Shown here: piece after piece, positions 11,271 to 22,904 of the stretch
How positions within the stretch are numbered: position 1 is the stretch's first letter
Layout: every line of letters begins with the position of its first letter
Assembly: GCF_963921235.1 (NCBI RefSeq)
Contig: NC_086097.1
Coordinates: 5,642,001 to 5,706,000 of the forward strand
Direction: 5' to 3'
DNA from: Mobula hypostoma
Lineage: Eukaryota
DNA length: 64,000 nucleotides
Translations under genes and position numbers: made by a program
Notes under the pieces: model-generated
Databases searched by the model: none
What the model saw: the letters and a program-made list of their open reading frames with translations, nothing else
Told to the model about the DNA's origin: nothing

Positions 11271-11600
11271 GACTTTTTCCCAGGGTTGAAATGTCTAATA
11301 CCAGACGGCATGCAATTAAGGTGAGAGGGGGTAATTTCAAAGGAGATGTGAGGGACAAGTTTTTTCCACAGGGAGTGGTGGGTGCCTGGAATGAATTGCC
11401 TGGGGTGGTGGTAGAGGCAGATATATTACAGACTTTCAAGAGACTTTTAGATAGGCATGTGAATGTGAGGAAAATAGAAGGGTACTGACCTTATGTTGAC
11501 AGAAGCGATTAGTTCAGTTGGCTATTTGATTATTAATTTATTTGGCTTGGCATAACATTGTGGTGGAAGGGCCTGTTCCTGTGCTGTTCTATGTTCTAGG
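11270..11600 (+). mobile_element. CR1 LINE 3' end
   Basis: LFPRVEMSNTRRH..KFFPQGVVGAWNELP..FKRLLDRH and 3' UTR GAAGGGCCTGTT..TGTTCTATGTTCTA. Confidence 0.85.
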
Positions 11601-12042
11601 TTCTATTTCCTAACAGGTCAAAGTTCAAAGTACATTTATTATCAAAGTATGTATACTATATACAACCTTGAGATCCATCTCCTTTCAGGCAGACACAAAG
11701 TACATCAGTGATTCTAATTCCAATTCTAAATGTTCTAATTGTTCCTGCTCCAACCACTTCCTCTGTCAGCTTCTTCCATATACACACCACCCTCTGTATG
11801 AAGAAACTGCTCCTCAGTTCCTCTCTCTATGCCCTCTAGTTTCCTCTGGGAAAAATTCTCAGTGCATTTGCCCTGTCTACGACTCTCATGATTTTATACA
11901 CCTCTGTAAGATCTCCCTTCCATTTCCAACAATCCAAGGAATGAAATTCTCATCTGTCCAATCTTTCCCTATGACCCAGGCCCTCGAGTCCTGGCTGGAT
12001 TCTCATCAATATAGATGTATGATAGCAAAACATAAATATATA

Positions 12043-13763
12043 CAGTGGATGCCGGTTAATTGGATCACATCAGGACATTTTGGCCTAATTAAGCATCTGC
12101 CCCAATTAGCCAAAGTTTCATGGAATTAGTTAAAAAGTATAAGAGACAAGCTGAATAACAAGCTATGTATTTAAATGAAATACAAAACAAATTAGAACAC
12201 TACCAATACTACTGCAGTACTGTAAAACTACAGTATATTAATTCCTAATAGTTATCAACAGAGGAATTCATCCAGTGTACGGATAAACAAAATCAGTGTA
12301 GTCAATCAGAACAGATATTAGACTACCTTCATGCAATGCTGTTGATGATTGCATCCTCCAATCTTCATTTTCATTTTAATATTACAGACAATTGCTGGTA
12401 CCTTCAAATTCTTCACAATTTCTAACTTAGTGAATTAGTGAAATCATTTCATTTTCACTCCCAGCCATTTCTGGCTTCTCCAAATCTGAATGCTTGAAAC
12501 TACAGACAGCAAAATATTTCAGAATAGTGTCACATACCCTGTGATGGGTTAAAGAACCAGCAGAGATGGGAAACACTTTGGAGTCCAGTATTGCTATTAA
12601 CTAATGATATTTATTAGTAACTATGCAATATAGTAATATAAATGTAGATAAATCAAACAGGTTAGCAATGATTATATATAAGTAAGTATATCAATAAGTG
12701 GAGAAATATATATAAAAATCAAGCTTCTTCAAGTCTAGGGGTAAAAAGATACAGTCTTAAAGTTCAGTTCAGTTCGTAGTTTTGAGTTGAGTAGTGATGG
12801 ACAGAGAGAGAGGGAGAGAATTGAGTCTTCAGTTGAACTGACGCCATCGATCTTCTCGTTGTCCTCCGAAATCCTTCAAAAGTCACCGACTGTGACTTCA
12901 ACAAAGGGGACTGGTTTTCTGTGTTGGAGCTATCACCCAGGCAAGGGTGGAAACATGGACAACTCCCCACTGGTCACTGCCTTTCCTTTTCACTGCAAGA
13001 GCTGCTGATCGATCTGCCTGATCGATCCTCCAAGAACCCACTTTTTCTGCAGGCACAACAAAGCTCATTCAGTGTCCAAAACATGTGTCTCTGGTCTATT
13101 ATCTGACCTCCTATTTATCTCACCGTACTGAGTATCAACTGTCATTCAAATAACTTCTTCTTCCTCTCTCTGTGTAAGAAATGCACAAGCAGGCAAATGT
13201 CCTTGTGAAGTATCAACACGCTGCTGAAAAATCAGAACATCGATCGGCCATTAAATAACGTAACCCTCCATCACCATAGCAACTTACGAGCTGCTCGGTG
13301 CCATGTCCAATTCAGCAGAAATCCAAAAGTTAACCGGTTCTTTCTTGTGCCTTAAAATGATGGTCTAACAGTTAGTCTTCATCTCTCTCTCTTTTCAAAA
13401 CAACATGTTGGTGTTAAATAACTTTCTCTCTCTCTTTTCAAAAGCACAGTTCACAGGGGTAATTCAGGACCCCATCACAATAGTCTTACTGTTTATTTCT
13501 CACCAACCAACAGTGACAAAAATCACTTTTTTTTAAACACAAATGAAACTGATGCTACTTAAAAACTGTTCACAAAAGAGCGCATGACTGACGTTAGTTA
13601 CAACCTGTTCAACAACAGTCTCCTGCCCCAAGAAAGTGACCTAGTGTCCCAAATAAGCAAGTGGAATCCCAGCAATTTTCTCAATTAGTTTTTGTTTTTT
13701 AAGAGTTGTGTCAAATAAGTGGCTGCCACAATTAAATGATGGCCCAAATAACCAAATCCATAG
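12043..13763. mobile_element. Tigger/pogo-like non-autonomous DNA transposon, interrupted by a solo LTR
   Basis: Imperfect TIRs CAGTGGATGCCGGTTAATTGG and CCAAATAACCAAATCCATAG, each flanked by TA. Confidence 0.6.
12528..13479 (-). mobile_element. Solo LTR (family A)
   Basis: TGTCAC...ATCACA, 4-bp TSD ATAG (12524-12527 and 13480-13483). Colinear with 2463-3273 apart from an extra segment near 13200-13400. Confidence 0.9.
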
Positions 13764-14019
13764 TATTTCTAATTTCCAGGGCCTAATCCTGAATAAGGTT
13801 ATTTGTTCCCAACTAAAGATCTCCCTATTTTACACATTCACAGATACTATTGGGGCCATTTATCCCACGTAGGAACAGAATTAGCCCATTTGGCCCATTG
13901 AGTCTGCTCCATCATTCCATCAGAACTGATTTATTATCCCTCTCAACCACATTCTCTGCCTTCTCCCGGTAACCTTTGATGCCCTGATTTATTCACATAT
14001 CATAAGTCCCTTTGTTGGT

Positions 14020-15410
14020 CGGGGTCAACCATGGAAGTTACATCCAAGCTGTCAATACACAAGAGAGGGCAGTATGATATGGAGAGCAAGCTGCTGCCCA
14101 AGTAGTAGGGTCCCCTTTTCCACACAACCGATGAATCCAAAGGACCAATGCAGTTTAGAATTAGCAATATTGCGAGAGTTTCCAGTCAGTGTTGAACTTA
14201 AGCTAGGTCTGGCTTATGGGCTCCAGCTCCGAACTTTTCCTCGGGGTTTACCCCCGAAGCCTTCCACATGAGTGGTGATCAGCGGAGGTTTGAGATCAGA
14301 GTTTTCCTTCTCCAAGATGAGCTGCCAACCACGGCTGATGAGCTCCATCTGCCCAAAGTCAGGAACCTGCCTTTGCCCTTCTCCTGTCAGTAGAAACTGT
14401 CCTGCTGCCTCAGGCTTAGAAGCTAAGACGCACCTGAAGGCCAGGAGCCACACTTGGTTGTCAGAGGCTATTTGAGATGCATGTCATTTGTCACGTGATT
14501 GGCAACAATGAATATCAATCGAGTCAGGTTTTATAAAAACAATCAAACATTTATTAAACGCTACTTAATATAAAAAAATAAACAAACAAAAATCTTAACC
14601 GGAAGTAAACTGCTACGCGTCCATTTAACAAACCACCACTCAGTGCTAGTTCTTAAAGTGATAAATGAGAGAACAGTTCTTAAAGTGGTAAATTCAAACA
14701 CAGTTCTTAGAATGGTAAATTCGGAAGTCCAAGAGATTTATACAGTCAATTAGGAGAGAGCTTCCTGAAGTAAAGAATTCCTCGAAGAGACAACGTTAGT
14801 GCCAATCCCAGCCAGATCTTGCCTTGTCCGCAGGATTCATGACGACGGAAATAAAATGGTTTAAAGGCACTGACCTTTTCCTCTGGATACTAGATACTGC
14901 ACAGCCTTTTCTGCTTCTTTTAGGAGAGACTGTCTCATGTTCTTTCTTGAACAAATTCAATAATGGTCGATTCCCTCCAAAACTGCTGAACTTCAGGTTC
15001 CCGTCTTCACTCTCAAATATTACTGAAAAGATACATCAACAAACCTGACAACGATTGGTTAAATTGCTGGCCCAACACTTTTGTACCTTACAACAGAACA
15101 TAAAACTCCGTTTCAAATCAAAACTGCGTCATAAGGCAAATATGCATCAGAGGGGAGTATCTGGCTGATGTTCTAGCTGGAAAACTAACTGCGTCACCCC
15201 AGGGGTCTCCTTTTATTCCAGATGAACATGTCATCATGTAACCTCGTATCGGTGGGAAATTTACATCATGTGACCTCCGCAAGACCACTACATCATCCTC
15301 ATAAGACAGTCACAAGATATCCATAAGGTATGTAACACATTGGGAGCATTAAACAGGTAGTGGGAGCTTATCTCAACTACCAGACCCCAGCTATGACAAC
15401 CTTAAGAAAC
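14020..15410 (-). mobile_element. RTE-related non-autonomous repeat (family R1), split by a solo LTR
   Basis: Contains the RTE 5'UTR-type motif GGAGAAGGAAAACTCTGATCTCAAACC on the minus strand; colinear with the uninterrupted copy at 37730-38310. Confidence 0.65.
14489..15337 (-). mobile_element. Solo LTR (family B)
   Basis: TGTCACG...GTAACA with 4-bp TSD CATT (14485-14488 and 15338-15341). The empty-site sequence is visible in the paralogous repeat near 38230-38255. Confidence 0.85.
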
Positions 15411-15619
15411 CTATTCCTCTGTGCAAAAGTCTTCCCTGCCAGAACACAAGGCCAAGTCCTCTACCTATCTCTCTTTTAGCCCCTTCCTTTCGCACTTCCC
15501 ATTTTATAAAGAATGAAGCAAACTGGAGCAGAACATGAACAATCTGAAACTCCTGATTATCCCATCGCTCCATTCTCTCAGTCTCAGGAATTATATTGGA
15601 GAGAACAACATTACCCAGG

Positions 15620-16515
15620 TGCACACACAAAATGCTGAAGGAATTCAGCAGGTCAAGCAGCATCTATGGAAATGAATAAATAGTCAATATTTGGTTGAAA
15701 ATGTTGACTATGTATTAATTTTTCCGCCACTTCCGCCATACTTCCATACTTCCGCCACCTTCAACAGGATCCCACCACTAAGCACATCTTCCCTCTCTAC
15801 CCCCTTCGCTTTCCGCAGGGATCGTTCCCTCCGCAACTCCCTGGTCCACACGACCCTCCCCACGGATCTCCCACCGGCACTTATCCCTGTAAGCGAAAGT
15901 TCTACACCTGTCCCTACACCTCCTCTCTCCCACTTCAACTCTGCTTCACATTCCCATCCGGATATGTCCATACATGGCATCCTCTACTGCCATGATGAGG
16001 CCAAGCTCAGGGTGAAGGAGCAAAACCTCATATACCGTCTAGGTAGTCTCCAGCCCCTGGGCATGAACTCTTTGAATTCTCCAACTTCCGGTAATTCCCT
16101 CCCTTCCTTATCCCAGTTTCACTCTGCCCCCTTCTCCAGCTGCCTATCATCTCCCTCTTGGTTTTCCCTCCTTCTACTACCCATTGTGTTTTCCCCTATT
16201 CTTTCTTCACCTTTCCTGCCTGCCTCCCCTCCCCCACCCCTTTATCTTTCCCCTTACTGGTTTTTCACCTGGAACCTACCAGCCTTCTCCTTCCCACCCT
16301 CCCCCCACCTTCTTTATAGGGCCTCTGCCCCTTCCCTCTACAGTCCTGACGAAGGGTTCCAGCCGGAAACATTGACTGGTCGTTTCCACAGATGCTGCCC
16401 TACCTGCTGAGTTCCTCCAACGTGTTGTGCGTGTTGCTTTGACCCAAACATCTACAGAATATTTTGTATTCATTTCCATAGATGCTGCCTGGCCTGCTGA
16501 ATTCTTCCTGCATTT
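15620..16515 (+). mobile_element. Penelope-like element: deleted 3' portion with inverted tail at its 5' end and duplicated tail at its 3' end
   Basis: AFRRDRSLRNSLVH and HFNSASHSHPDMSIHGILYC..EQNLIYRLGSLQP match the ORF at 39860-41011. Inverted tail at 15620-15700, hammerhead at 16341-16378. Confidence 0.85.
16341..16378 (+). ncRNA. Minimal hammerhead ribozyme motif (PLE-associated)
   Basis: CAGTC-CTGACGA-AGGGTTCCAGCCG-GAAA-CATT-GACTG with a perfect 5-bp stem I. Confidence 0.65.
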
Positions 16516-16517
16516 CA

Positions 16518-17115
16518 GAATCAGGTTTAATATCACTGGCTAAAACATGCCTTGCGGCAGCAGTACAGAGCAATACATAATAATAAAAACTATATATTAC
16601 AATAAGAAGTATATATATATTAAATAAATAGTGAAAAAGTGAGGGGAAAAAGTAGTGAATTCGTTGTCCATTCAGAAATCTGATGGTGGAGTGAAGAAGC
16701 TGTTCCTGAAATGCTGAGTGTCTGTCTTCAGGCTCCTGTACTTCCTCCTTGATGGAGGCAATGTGAAGAGGGCATGTCCTGGATGATGGGGGTGCTTAAA
16801 GATGGATGCTGCCTTTATGAGGCATCATCTTTTGAAAGTGTCCTGGCTGCTGGGTAGTCTAGTGCCCATGATGTAGCTGACTGGGTTTGCAACTTTCTAC
16901 AGCTCTTTCCGATCTGCTGCAGCAGCCCCTCCATGCCAGATGGTGATTCAAACCTTTAGAATCTCTCTACAGTACATCTGCTTCAACTTACGAGTGTTTT
17001 TGGTGACATACCAAATCTCCTCAGACTTCTGATGAAATGTAGCTATTGTGCCTTGTCATTTCATCGGTGTGTTGGGACCAGGATATTGACCCCAGAAACT
17101 TGAATCTGCTCACCA
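16518..17115 (-). mobile_element. Rex1/Babar LINE 3' fragment
   Basis: Family hallmarks (GAAGCTGTTCCTGAA..CTCCTGTAC..CTTGATGG; AAGGCAGCATCCATC) shared with other copies in the window. Confidence 0.65.
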
Positions 17116-18482
17116 CTTGTAGAATCTCTTCTGTTAATAACACATCCCTAGATTTAGTTTAGAAAACCTGTCACTTTAATGTAGATTAAACTGTCAGTGG
17201 GGTGATAAGGAACTCGTTTATTGAGAGTTGAGCGTTGGGTGGGGGGGGGAGCGGGTGGGAAGCAACTTTTCGAAATAGTGATGGGATTGAAAAATCTCAT
17301 CAAATTTACTAAGTACCTGAAAGGCTTAACCTCAGCCTGGACTTTGAGCCTGCAAGTGGCTGGAATGCACATGATGGACCAAATGGCCTCTTCTGTGTTG
17401 TAGGTCTCTATGCTCCTCTCATTCAGTGTCTGAAGGGCTGAAGCTGAAGACTGCACTACCTCAGGCTAAACATTTACGGAGATACAAATGTGGCCTTGAA
17501 CTGACCATTTTAAAAGGCTGTAAATTTGATAATATACAGACTAACAGCTCTCATGTTGGAGCATCTTGTCTGTTAAAACGCTATTTGCTAAGCCTATCTC
17601 ATGTATCCTCAAGTGTTCCAGCACAGGGCACCTAGATTCTGATATCACACCATCAGACAACACAAAACACATTAAGCTCCTTGTATGGAACACAGTTCCG
17701 ACCATTTCTTGCCAGGAGCCTCAATAAGGCAAACTGAGTATCTTCTACTGAATTCATTTGAGAAGCTATCAAAGGAGCTAATTTCAATATTATGTTTTAT
17801 TTATATGTTACTGTGTACTTTACCTTCTTGTGTTTTTTCTTGTGCTGCATCAGATCTGGACTAGCAATTATTTTATTTACCTCTACATTTGTGTACTGCA
17901 AATGACATTAAACAATCTTGAATCCCTTGAGTCTCTTGAATTAGCTTCAACTGATTAAAAAATAATCACATATTAGCTTCTCTCCCCAGTGCAAATGGTC
18001 AATAGTCACAAGGCAAAATAAATTTATGTGCATGAGTGTTTTGAAAAGATCCTCACATTTCAGTGTCAAAAGTATATGGAACACAAGCCAGAATAGACTT
18101 TCTCTTCCTTTTCCACAGATGTCTCACCAATCTCCTATTGAATGCTGATGGAACACAAACTGTTATGGAAAGAGCAATGAAGAACTTTTTTGCATCTGGA
18201 TGGCCAAGGACAGACAAAGATGGAGGACTTTCGTTGTTGCTCTAAACGTAGGTTAATTTGGATTCCAACTTGGAGCAAACATGGGAGAAAGGCATCCATC
18301 TCCATCCACCCTTTATTACCCCTTGAAACAGCAATGTCTTTTCATAAAAGTTTTTTCATTGAAAACCCTGGAAAGCTTTCAGCTCGGGTGATTTTTGAAA
18401 AGGTGTTGAACTCCCCACCAAGCTTTGTCCACAATGTACTGTGATGGTCACCATCGTCATTATGTAGCATGTCGTATGACAT

Positions 18483-19130
18483 CAGAAAAGTCCATCTCCC
18501 CCACACCCCCATCCTCACCACATTCTACAGAGGTTGTATTGAGAGCATCCTGAGCAGCTGCATCACTGCCTGGTTCGGGAATTGCACCATCTCGGATCGC
18601 AAGACCCTGCAGCGGATAGTGTGAGGTCAGCTGAGAAGATCATCGGGGTCTCTCTTCCCACTATTACAGACATTTACATCACACGCTGCTCCTGTAAAGT
18701 CAACAGCATTGTGAAGGACCCCACGAACCTCTCACACAAACTCTTCTCCCTCCTGCCACCTGGCAAAAGGCACCAAAGCATTCAGGCTCTCATGACCAGA
18801 CTGTGCAACAGTTTCTTCCCCCAAGCCATCAGACTCCTTAATACCCAGAGTCTAGACTGACATCTACATCATTTATTATTATATTGTAATTTGTCCTCTA
18901 CTGTGTCTATTGTCTTGTTTATTATTTACTGTACTGCCCTGCACTATTTTGTGCACTTTATGCAGTCCTATGTAGGTCTGTAGTCTAGTGAAGTTTTTGT
19001 GTTATCTTATGTAGTCTAGTGTAGCGTTGTGTTGTCTCACTTAGTCTAGTGTAGTTTTGTGTTGGTTCGTGTAGCACCATGGTCCTGGAGGAACGTTGTT
19101 TTGTTTTTACTGTGTACTGTACCAGCAGTT
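18483..19130 (+). mobile_element. Rex1/Babar LINE 3' end with short tandem repeats in the 3' UTR
   Basis: ILTTFYRGCIESILSSCITAWFGNC..RSAEKIIGVSLP..KDPT..LFSLLP..SFFPQAIRLLN; roughly 33-bp GTAGTCTAGTG units at 18978-19075. Confidence 0.85.
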
Positions 19131-19133
19131 AAT

Positions 19134-19447
19134 GGTTGGCATCTGTTAGTCTTGCGAGACCATGGATCTGCGCCTGGAAAGTCTTCACTCTCCAGGGCGC
19201 AGGCCTGGGCAAGGTTGTATGGAAGACCGGCAGTTGCCCATCTGCAAGTCTCCCCTCTCCATGACACCGATGTTGTCCAAGGGAAGGGCAAGGGCCGATA
19301 CAGCCTGGCACCAGTGTCGTCGCAGAGCAATGTGTGGTTTAGTGCCTTGATCAAGGACACAACACGTTGCCTCGGCTGGGGATCGAACTCACAACCTTCA
19401 GATCGCTAGTCCAATGCCTTAACCACTTGGCCATGTGCCATAAGCCA
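19134..19447 (-). mobile_element. tRNA-derived SINE (A/B boxes, CORE-like segment, RTE-like tail)
   Basis: TGGCCAAGTGGTTAAGG (A box), GAGTTCGATCC (B box), GTGTCCTTGATCAAGGCACTAAAC. Second copy at 31424-31690. Confidence 0.8.
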
Positions 19448-19494
19448 CGTTTATGGTTGAAATGACAATAAAAAGCAACTTGACTTGACTTGAT

Positions 19495-19890
19495 CATTGT
19501 GTGCCATGTCGTATGACATCATCATTATGTGCCGTGTCATATGATGTGCACGATCATGGTCTCCATGACCATGATTGTTCTGGGATATTTTTTCTACTGA
19601 AGTAGTTTGCCATTGCCTTCTTCTGGGCAGTGCCTTTACAAGATTGGTGACCCCAGCCATTATCAACAGTCCTTCGAGATTGTCTGCCTGACGTCAGTGA
19701 TTGCATAACCAGGACTGGTGATACGCACCAGCTGTTCATATGACCACCCACCACCAGCACACATAATCATAACTCTAATAAGGGGACTAAGTAGGTGTTA
19801 CACCTTGCCCAAGAGTGAATTGCAGGCTAGCGGAGGGATGGAGTGCCTTAAATTTCATCTGTTAGAGATGCATCTCCACCCTGCCACCAA
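19495..19890 (-). mobile_element. RTE-related non-autonomous repeat (family R2)
   Basis: GAAGGCAATGGCAAACTACTTC motif (BovB/RTE 5'UTR-like) and (ATG)n tail; copies at 24270-25835, 28325-28585 and 57455-57750. Confidence 0.6.
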
Positions 19891-21689
19891 AAATGTGAGG
19901 GCAGCAGAGTGAAAAGATAACTTGTCTTTGAAGGCACTGCCTCGGGCTGAATGCCAGCTTCCAACCCCACCAAGCTCTAGAGATCAGGTCAGAATGAGGT
20001 GCATCAATCACATCCTTGTGATGCTCAGGTAAAACCATGATTAGTAAAGCTGCATCATGGGCCCATGAAGTTCATGAAGTTGAAATGCTAATGGAAAAAG
20101 CTCATTGAAACATGGAGAAAGCCCGCATCAACATGTAGAAAGCTCGTGTAGAAACCACATTGAGTGGGTTCAAGAGGGACTGCGAGGCTGAGGCTACCTT
20201 GGCTTAGCAGAGACAACGGTGTATGAAGTAACAGCTGACTTAGACAGAAGTGATCTTCTCTCTAAGAAGGTGCCTGAAGAACTGACCAATGGTGCAAATC
20301 ATCTAATATGATATGGTGTAAATGGCAGTAAGTAAAGAACACAGGCTGTAAGTATTTTGGTCAACTGCACGTCACTGGCTGGATAATTGATCCTCTTTCT
20401 CAACAATAAATTTATCTTTAAATGCTCTGATGGAGAGTTCACCTCTATTATCAAGCAAGACTGCCCATTGAATGATATCCATTCAGCTCTATTTTGTACT
20501 TTCAGACTAACAGGTTCTTTGACTTAATTGATTTGTCTTTGCCTTTTCTGAGTGGAAATTAGCAACCAAATTCATTGTGGCCATAGTTCCCTTTATAGAC
20601 AATAGACAATAGACAATAGGTGAAGGAGTAGGCCATTCAGCCCTTTCACTGTGATCATGGCTGATCATCCACAATCAGTATCCAGTTCCTTATGTTTACT
20701 GATGTTGTTTCGAAGCCAAGATAACAGCTTACTGGGAGTTTGAGAGCAAAGGAATTCAATAAAAAATATTACCAATAACACTTTTTTGAAGTAAATTGTG
20801 GTAATCCATCACCACAAACAATGAAGAAGTGAGAGAATTTGCGTGATGTGCAGGCTGGTGCGCTGCAAAATCAATGCACTTGGAGTTGGAGCCTTGCTGG
20901 TTGGAGTGAACGATTTGGAGGGGAGAAGGCAGGATAGAGGAGTTCAAATGCCTGTCCAGCTGGGCCGGGTGCGAAGGTGAATCATTCTAAGCTCCAAGCC
21001 AACTTGGAGAAGTCGCGAACGGCTTCTTCAGCAGCAAAATCTAGGCTCGAAGTGAATGGCTGGGTGGGATATTCACAGCCCAGGGCAACTCACCATGCTG
21101 CAGCCTGGGTTCTAACACGAGGTACAATAGGCCATTTGGACAATCTAAAGACTGGAAGACAGGGTGATGGGCGAGGTTGGATCGTTCAAGGCGCCAAGCC
21201 AATTTGGAAAGGTTGAGAGTGGCTACTCTGGCAGAAAAATCTAAGCCTGAAGCGATTCACCACAGAGGGGCCAGGTCACAGGGCAAGGTTCAGACAATAT
21301 AAAGGCTGACACAGTTAGTCTGGGGGTTCCTCTCTCCAGTTCACTAGGTTAATGAGACTGTCCTCTGCTGCTTTGCTTCATGTCTGCGAACTTCACAGCG
21401 ATTTGCCCCACAAGTATGATGAACTGAAAGGTGAGGCTTTGGGCCTACTCTGGGCGGCTCCAGGGATTTTGACCTAAGGACTCAATTTGGTTCAGAATGA
21501 TGTTGTTGTTGCTTGCTTCTATTGTTTGCATAATATTTTTGTGTTTTTTTTTCTCTTGGGTTTGGTCTTTTTTTTACTTGGGTACTTTTGGGTTCCTTGC
21601 TTTTTGACCGCCTGTAAGCAAACAAATCTTAAGGTTGTATAAATTATATATTCTTCAATAATAAATGCACTTTGAATCTTTGAACCCAT

Positions 21690-22232
21690 GTACTCTAAAA
21701 GCTACAGATACATAGAATTCTAACACAGATAAAGCCCTCCCCACCATGGAGCCCATCTACACAGAACGCTGTCACAGGAAAGCGACATCCATCTTCAAAG
21801 ATTCCCGCCACCCAGGCCATACTCTTTTCTCCCTGTTGCCATCAGGAAGGTGGTACAGGAGCATCAGGACCTATGTCAATGGTTTCAGGAATAGATCCTA
21901 CCCCTCAACCATCAGGTTCTTGAACCAGAGGGGATAACTTCACTCACCCATCATTGAACTTACTTCACAACTATGGACTAATTTTTAAGGGCTCTACAAA
22001 TCGTGTTCTCGATATTTATTGTTTATTATTATTATTATTACTTTCTTTTAGTATTTGCACAATTTCTTGTCTTTTACATACTGGTTGTTTGTCCTTGTGC
22101 AATTTTTCATTGACTCTGCTATGTTTCTTACTATTTGCTGTGAATGCCCACAAGAAAATAAATCTCAGGATAATATACGGTGACATATATATATACTTTG
22201 ATAATAAATTTACTTCCAATTTTGAACTTCAA
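21690..22232 (+). mobile_element. Rex1/Babar LINE 3' fragment
   Basis: IYTERCHRKATSIFKD..HPGHTLFSLLPSGRWYRS..YPSTIRFLN; tail AATAAATTTACT..TTGAACTT. Confidence 0.8.
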
Positions 22233-22349
22233 TGAATTTGTCTTGCTCTTTTTGTGAGTAGAAATTGGTAACTGTGTTTATTGTTCACATGGCTTCCTGA
22301 TTTTTTTTAATGCTAAGATAATGATGCTTCCGCAGATCTAACTAAACAA

Positions 22350-22830
22350 GAGCACACACAAAATGCTGGAGGAACTCAGCATGCATGGTAGCAACTATGG
22401 CAAAGAGTAAACAGTCAACGTTTCGGGCCGAGACCCTTCATCAGAACTGGAAATGAAGGGGAGAAGTCAGAGTAGGATCAGGGAAGGGGAAGCAGAAGGC
22501 GATAGGTGAAATAAGGAGAAGAAGAAGTGTTGAAATAAAGACCTAGGATCCTCAGAGGGTCGAATTGAGAAGCTTGAAAATGTCTCTGGAAGCCATATGG
22601 CACAAGATGGTGGTGAAGACAAGTTGCCAGGAAGTGTATGTGGCTGTGGTAGTGGGTTGGGGTGAGCACAGAGTCAAAGAGTCGGAAGGCGGCAGAGATC
22701 ACAGAGCGGGAGCAGTGAGAAAGAGTATCACTGAATTCCCATCGAAGGCAAGACTTAAGCTTCTTCAGGGTAGGAATCCCTCAAAGAGATTTTGCAGTAG
22801 TAGTAGTAATGAGCAAAAAAATCTTCAACT
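22350..22830 (-). mobile_element. Internally deleted Penelope-like element (ORF N-terminus fused to 3' tail)
   Basis: ISAAFRLFD..HSHIHFLATCL..LVPYGF (PLE N-terminal HxxFLxxCL..LVPxG-type motif) is followed within ~100 bp by the hammerhead and family tail. Confidence 0.65.
22412..22449 (-). ncRNA. Minimal hammerhead ribozyme motif (best-preserved copy)
   Basis: Minus strand CAGTT-CTGATGA-A-GGGT(CTCG)GCCC-GAAA-CG-TT-GACTG: intact core, stem II and ACGT palindrome. Confidence 0.75.
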
Positions 22831-22904
22831 GAGAAAAAAACAGGTTGGCAAGCGGAAGAAGTGCTTCACCTGCCCCTACACCTCCTTCCTCACTGCAATT
22901 CCCC

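Noticed and set aside
15691..16410. 239-aa ORF as a novel gene (likewise 29773-30273 and 31095-31700)
   Set aside because: These are patchworks of Penelope or SINE sequence and pyrimidine tracts read through by chance.
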